From positions 1 to 27,193 of IMG/VR virus record IMGVR_UViG_3300048886_001612: a stretch of 27,193 bases of DNA; one strand, given 5' to 3'. Under the pieces are notes generated by a model. It ran no database searches, was not told the origin of the DNA, and was given only the letters and a program-made list of their open reading frames with translations. Each line of letters opens with the position of its first letter. Positions within the stretch are counted from its first letter, which is position 1. Of the stretch, positions 24,201 through 27,193 are shown piece by piece. Made by a program: the position numbers and the translations under genes. Source of the stretch: a virus (Duplodnaviria; Caudoviricetes).

Positions 24201-24570
24201 AGTGGCCCAAAATGTCAGGAACAAAACCGGAGCCGCCTTTGATGTCTTAGGCTTAGACCGTGGCCAATTCTCTGGCCCTAATGCCGGACAACAAAATTCA
24301 ACAGCCAAAGGCTTGTCAGTGGCCATCCGTAATATCACCACCCGTCAAGCCGACACTTTGACTCGGGTACTGCGTGGTCAATTGTCGTTGATGTCGCAAA
24401 TCCAGAGCAACACTTTACGATCAGCCACCGCCCTAGAAACTTATTTACCATCATTAGAAACTTTGAATTTATCAGCATCATCCACCAATAACGGCTCAAC
24501 TTTTGGAGCCAAAGCCAGCAATATTCTGGCCTTAGAAACTCAACGAAAATTCGCCGCCGCTGGCATATAA
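21208..24570 (+). CDS. Tape measure protein
   Basis: 1120 aa, helical. N-terminal tape-measure domain (LRAFGNALA…ALSQMQAKGKLSAEEINQIAER). Follows the chaperones. Confidence 0.93.
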   Translation: MADENLGTLKYDIELDTKGLQQGAKKAETIMQRMEKSFRFLGEVNQAGELLTRTGKFVFNFGKQFVDAAANVERLKAGLTSVTGSADEAEKQLKRLREVARLPGLGFVEAVQGATNLQAAGFSAEKAEESLRAFGNALASVGKGKAELDGVILALSQMQAKGKLSAEEINQIAERVPQIRQVMVDAFGTAIPKEIEGMGISIDDFVSGVNRSLLKIPPVAETASNAFENLGDIFNQLRTTIGNQVLPQITTGTTNLSKALEDLTVQLSPTNEQVEILGSQINQLTTDYTAQNESTRALITRYGEIQEALADQNIDAREAADLNDELLELVNKLKSALPGLNLLWNESGGSIDVANQALERQIELQREVVQGKYLQVVDKTTQSLNKNREAIKRANDEIKAYSIAREVLGGQRVTAMSILGGDRSKLRDALTSAGVGPDTGATFTQAGVSDRLLDLFRDTEGGTNRDRKLGVLVNQQKQAIAGYNAEILELGQSFQAFVSSHGPEMEKQFNALIQSFSNQDSQRGMNAFNRQLAEMEEGLGGIVSGDFIRSMISQFTDLQQVVKGTGQAGGGGTSGKDAVSNLFFGMHFQDVKTAIDGLFADATQAYVDGWQDLRQSVPFQMGEGSPMLRFLGIDPMGTGATGKANRQGRERKTQRDQKQAIKNQQKIRTASDKWSADQQRLRDRENDQRRQKRQREQESERRKDDQNFSNMLNREQQIETRFLQSARQRIDGEQQWEQETRAKGLQALDDLQKDQQEREREASLARRDQVLDWVDGLGEVVHAFGRIAEMTGADSVLMEQLKGVQGVLMGIGRMASGDMIGGSIATSASFMQMIDARMQQALPRMDSQTNLLKRFDTIPEQFREFMGADWTEQFHPSPDHKEFEKYHSKLENWVRGLEMAFLSEEERVRQGSQGIGQAILEGVAEGLNQNNISQTLDLMKKSLDDLLSRMILEGVMMTEGLKGNIEKLSRTVVEALRDGVIHASEAGTIQGLQSEMERVAQNVRNKTGAAFDVLGLDRGQFSGPNAGQQNSTAKGLSVAIRNITTRQADTLTRVLRGQLSLMSQIQSNTLRSATALETYLPSLETLNLSASSTNNGSTFGAKASNILALETQRKFAAAGI

Positions 24571-24582
24571 GGGATAAAGAAA

Positions 24583-27193
24583 ATGGCCAAACAATTAGTC
24601 AAACTGAATGGCAGAAATTTATATGACGATCTAGGTCAAAGCTCGACCTATAATTGTTTTTTCGAGACTTTATCGGTGTCAGGTCGTGGCTTGGCTCCCA
24701 CCCGTGATCGACAATTGCAATTCCCGGGAGATGTAGGTGCTAGAGATTATGGGTCGCTCCCAGACGTGCGGAGGATCACTCTGAACGGCACTTTACACGC
24801 CGACACTATTCAAGCCTTCGAATATGGTTTAGACCAGCTGAAACAGCTTTGTCGGAGCCGGATGAAGGTGGACTCGATCTTGTATGGCGAAGCTGAAGCC
24901 CAGACGCTTTGGTTTGCTGATGAGTCGGTCATTTTAGGGCCACTTGGCTATGCCAGTCGAGGCAACGATGGCACCAACGAATACATTGTTTGCCAATCCT
25001 CCACCGCCAACGCTTCGGCCCGCTACCAACATGCCAACGGCGATTTATTTTCTTATAGGCTGGAGTTTACTTCGTTCGATGGCACTGGCCCTGATTGGCG
25101 AGGCCGATTATTTGATCATGTCAGAGCCGACACACCTTCAGCCACCCGGGCCTTTTATTTAGAAAGCTCGGTAGTCAATTCGGCAGTATCCCCCAATACC
25201 CCTTCGGTTGGCACCCAGTTTTGGGTCAGGGATGACCGCTTCTATTTAGTCAATTATTCAGGCACCATGAACGAGGAACGGTTGACCCGTCAATGGTTCG
25301 CCCATGGATTAGCCAATATCAGCCTGCCTTTCAAGGCCGTCTATCCGTTTGCGGTCAGTGAAGTCAAAAAAACCGATTTCACGCCTGACTCAACCAACGG
25401 ATATTTCAAGGCTATCAACACCGGCACAGCCCCAACTTTTCCCACTTACCGGATCAAAGGAGCGGCCAATACGCCCAAGATCGTGGAAGCCACCCACTCG
25501 CTGGTCTGGAACGCCAACGATGCCACGGCCAAAGGCATTTTAGACGAAGATGTCTCGGCCACCGTCTCAGCGGCGGGGTTTTACGGGCAGACGGGCAAGC
25601 TGAACCAAGCGATTGCTATCGACACCAACCAAGACCAAAACACTTTTGATAAACTGATGATTACAGGCATTGGCACCCGATCCGGTGATGGGGTTGGCAC
25701 CTATATGAACTGGAACAATGGAACGGTGGCTCTATGGTTCAAAAAAAATGGATCATATTCTAATGTAGCTACTGGCCCGGCAAGTGGCCAAGAACATTTG
25801 TTTGGCTCCTATTCTTCACCCGATCAACTCCGAATCTACACCCAACCCACCCTCAACCAAATCACTTTCAGTTCTAATAATCGAGAGCTTGATTTGTCTA
25901 CTACTTCTTTGGTGGCGGGTGCTTGGTATTTGGCTATCGGGCGATGGGATCATCGACGGGATGGCTGGAGTGCGTCTGATAGCTCGGCCAAGGTCAAATT
26001 TCAGATTTTCGATACTTCTGGTACCCAAGTCGTAACAGCTTATACCGGCTCAGGCACCGTGGCTACCGCCATGCGAGGTGAATTAGCAGTAGGCAATTTC
26101 TATTATCCGTATTCGGGCGGCAGTTTCTCCGCCCCGTGGCCGGGATTGATTGACGACTTGGCTATCTGGGATCGGCCTTTATCGGACAGCGAAGTAACCT
26201 CACTTGTCAATGGTGGAACTGGTGTTCGGGCCGACACGGTGGCTTCGTCGGAACTGACCTATTATTCAGATTTTGACCAAACTGTGGGCACGGCTTTCAC
26301 AGCTTCTCAACTGGCCAGCTCGAACGCTGATTATTTGCGGGTCAGCAGTACTACCACCACCACCGCCAATTGCACCCAAACATATAATTATTTAGATACT
26401 ACTGCGGCCCAAGGTCATGCTGTGTCAATGTTTTCGGATAATGACCGAGCCATTTTGTACGACGAAACCGGGTACAAGAAAGATATAGTGATTAACGGCA
26501 CACCAACCTCGCCAGCTTATGGAAGCGACCCCGTAATCACTTTCGATAATGGGTCAGGGGGTGCAGTTTCCGGAGCGGATGAGGTCGGGGTTTATGCCAC
26601 GCTGAACGGGTCGACGGAGTATTTTAGTGCGGGCACGACCACGGATCTGGATCTGGGAACTAACAATTGGACGGTTTCCGCTTGGGTTAATTGGTCTGGA
26701 GTATCTACAAATAAAATCTTCGCCTCCTATGACGGGGCGGATGGGTGGTTTTTGACAGTGAACGCAGGCGGGACTATTACCTTCTCTCTCTATTTTGCCT
26801 CAACCATTTACAGGGTTGACAGTTCAACTGTCATAGGGTCGGGCAAATGGCATCATATCGCCGCCACCCTCGACCGAGCCTCTGCCACTGGTATGAAAAT
26901 TTACATTGACGGGGCAGAGTGTAGCTATTCCGGAACACCCTCCGATCCCACGACACTGTCTGGCGATACGATCACCATCACGGCCACCCGCTACATCGGC
27001 GTCGATTGGAATCCGGTTGCGGAATTTCTGAACGGAGGAATCCGTGATTTTCGGACTTATACTAGTGCCCTGAGCTCCACTGATATTTTAAGCCTAGCGA
27101 CAAACCCATTGGGCACCTTCGGCTCGCCGGTCAACTGGTGGAAGATGGTGGACTCAGCCTCGTCAACAACGTTAGCTAACGACGGATCTGGAG
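24583..27193 (+). CDS. Distal tail protein (Dit) with inserted domains including two LamG/ConA-like domains; 3'-truncated, at least 870 aa
   Basis: Translated by hand from ATG 24583 with no stop found before the window end. Dit motifs RRITLNGTL, LWFADE…DRFY, FKAVYPFA, INTGTAPTFP. LamG motifs GTVALWFK…GLIDDLAIWDRPLS and WTVSAWVN…GKWHHIAAT…KIYIDG…GGIRDFRTYTSALS. Confidence 0.85.
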   Translation, partial: MAKQLVKLNGRNLYDDLGQSSTYNCFFETLSVSGRGLAPTRDRQLQFPGDVGARDYGSLPDVRRITLNGTLHADTIQAFEYGLDQLKQLCRSRMKVDSILYGEAEAQTLWFADESVILGPLGYASRGNDGTNEYIVCQSSTANASARYQHANGDLFSYRLEFTSFDGTGPDWRGRLFDHVRADTPSATRAFYLESSVVNSAVSPNTPSVGTQFWVRDDRFYLVNYSGTMNEERLTRQWFAHGLANISLPFKAVYPFAVSEVKKTDFTPDSTNGYFKAINTGTAPTFPTYRIKGAANTPKIVEATHSLVWNANDATAKGILDEDVSATVSAAGFYGQTGKLNQAIAIDTNQDQNTFDKLMITGIGTRSGDGVGTYMNWNNGTVALWFKKNGSYSNVATGPASGQEHLFGSYSSPDQLRIYTQPTLNQITFSSNNRELDLSTTSLVAGAWYLAIGRWDHRRDGWSASDSSAKVKFQIFDTSGTQVVTAYTGSGTVATAMRGELAVGNFYYPYSGGSFSAPWPGLIDDLAIWDRPLSDSEVTSLVNGGTGVRADTVASSELTYYSDFDQTVGTAFTASQLASSNADYLRVSSTTTTTANCTQTYNYLDTTAAQGHAVSMFSDNDRAILYDETGYKKDIVINGTPTSPAYGSDPVITFDNGSGGAVSGADEVGVYATLNGSTEYFSAGTTTDLDLGTNNWTVSAWVNWSGVSTNKIFASYDGADGWFLTVNAGGTITFSLYFASTIYRVDSSTVIGSGKWHHIAATLDRASATGMKIYIDGAECSYSGTPSDPTTLSGDTITITATRYIGVDWNPVAEFLNGGIRDFRTYTSALSSTDILSLATNPLGTFGSPVNWWKMVDSASSTTLANDGSG

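Larger units (their letters stand above)
1..27193 (+). mobile_element. Tailed phage or prophage packaging, head and tail morphogenesis operon (siphovirus-like)
   Basis: Canonical order TerL-portal-MuF-scaffold-MCP-head/tail joining-tail tube-chaperones-TMP-Dit. All genes are on +, with many ATGA/TAATG start-stop overlaps. No integrase or att site is in the window, so free phage versus prophage is unresolved. Confidence 0.96.

Noticed and set aside
627-26035. Numerous minus-strand and alternate-frame ORFs of 60-175 aa in the ORF track
   Set aside because: All lie within well-supported + strand genes and show no recognisable motifs; they look like shadow ORFs.
24944-26035. Short + strand ORFs 24944..25162, 25349..25543 and 25784..26035, and an apparent non-coding 3' end
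   Set aside because: The region is covered by one long open frame from 24583 (Dit-LamG).
1-27193. Stop-codon reassignment, tRNA/rRNA genes, integrase/att site, lysis genes, tail sheath, prohead protease
   Set aside because: TAA, TAG and TGA all end genes at sensible boundaries under the standard code. There is no intergenic room for RNA genes, and no motifs for the other functions were seen in this window.

Overview
The whole window is one densely packed, + strand late operon of a tailed dsDNA phage or prophage. It is siphovirus-like: no sheath gene, long tape measure protein. Gene order: partial ORF; TAGT/GREB1-like glycosyltransferase; NDP-sugar epimerase; terminase large subunit; portal; 1725-aa MuF fusion; small ORF; SAM methyltransferase; scaffold; DUF5309/SU10-type major capsid; 995-aa GT4-methyltransferase-GT2 fusion; head-tail joining genes; tail tube; tail chaperones with a -1 frameshift; tape measure; and an 'evolved' distal tail protein with LamG domains that runs off the 3' end and is missing from the ORF track. 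Four things stand out. (1) The MuF head protein carries duplicated helical modules, a PI3K/HipA-like kinase and a DarT-like ADP-ribosyltransferase fold, followed by a coupled candidate immunity gene. (2) Glycosylation and methylation enzymes are interleaved with the core head genes, suggesting both DNA and virion-protein modification. (3) Several tiny, very basic peptides sit between structural genes and are unannotated or mis-started in the ORF track. (4) The distal tail protein has inserted lectin-like domains. All family assignments come from motif recognition by eye, not database searches.
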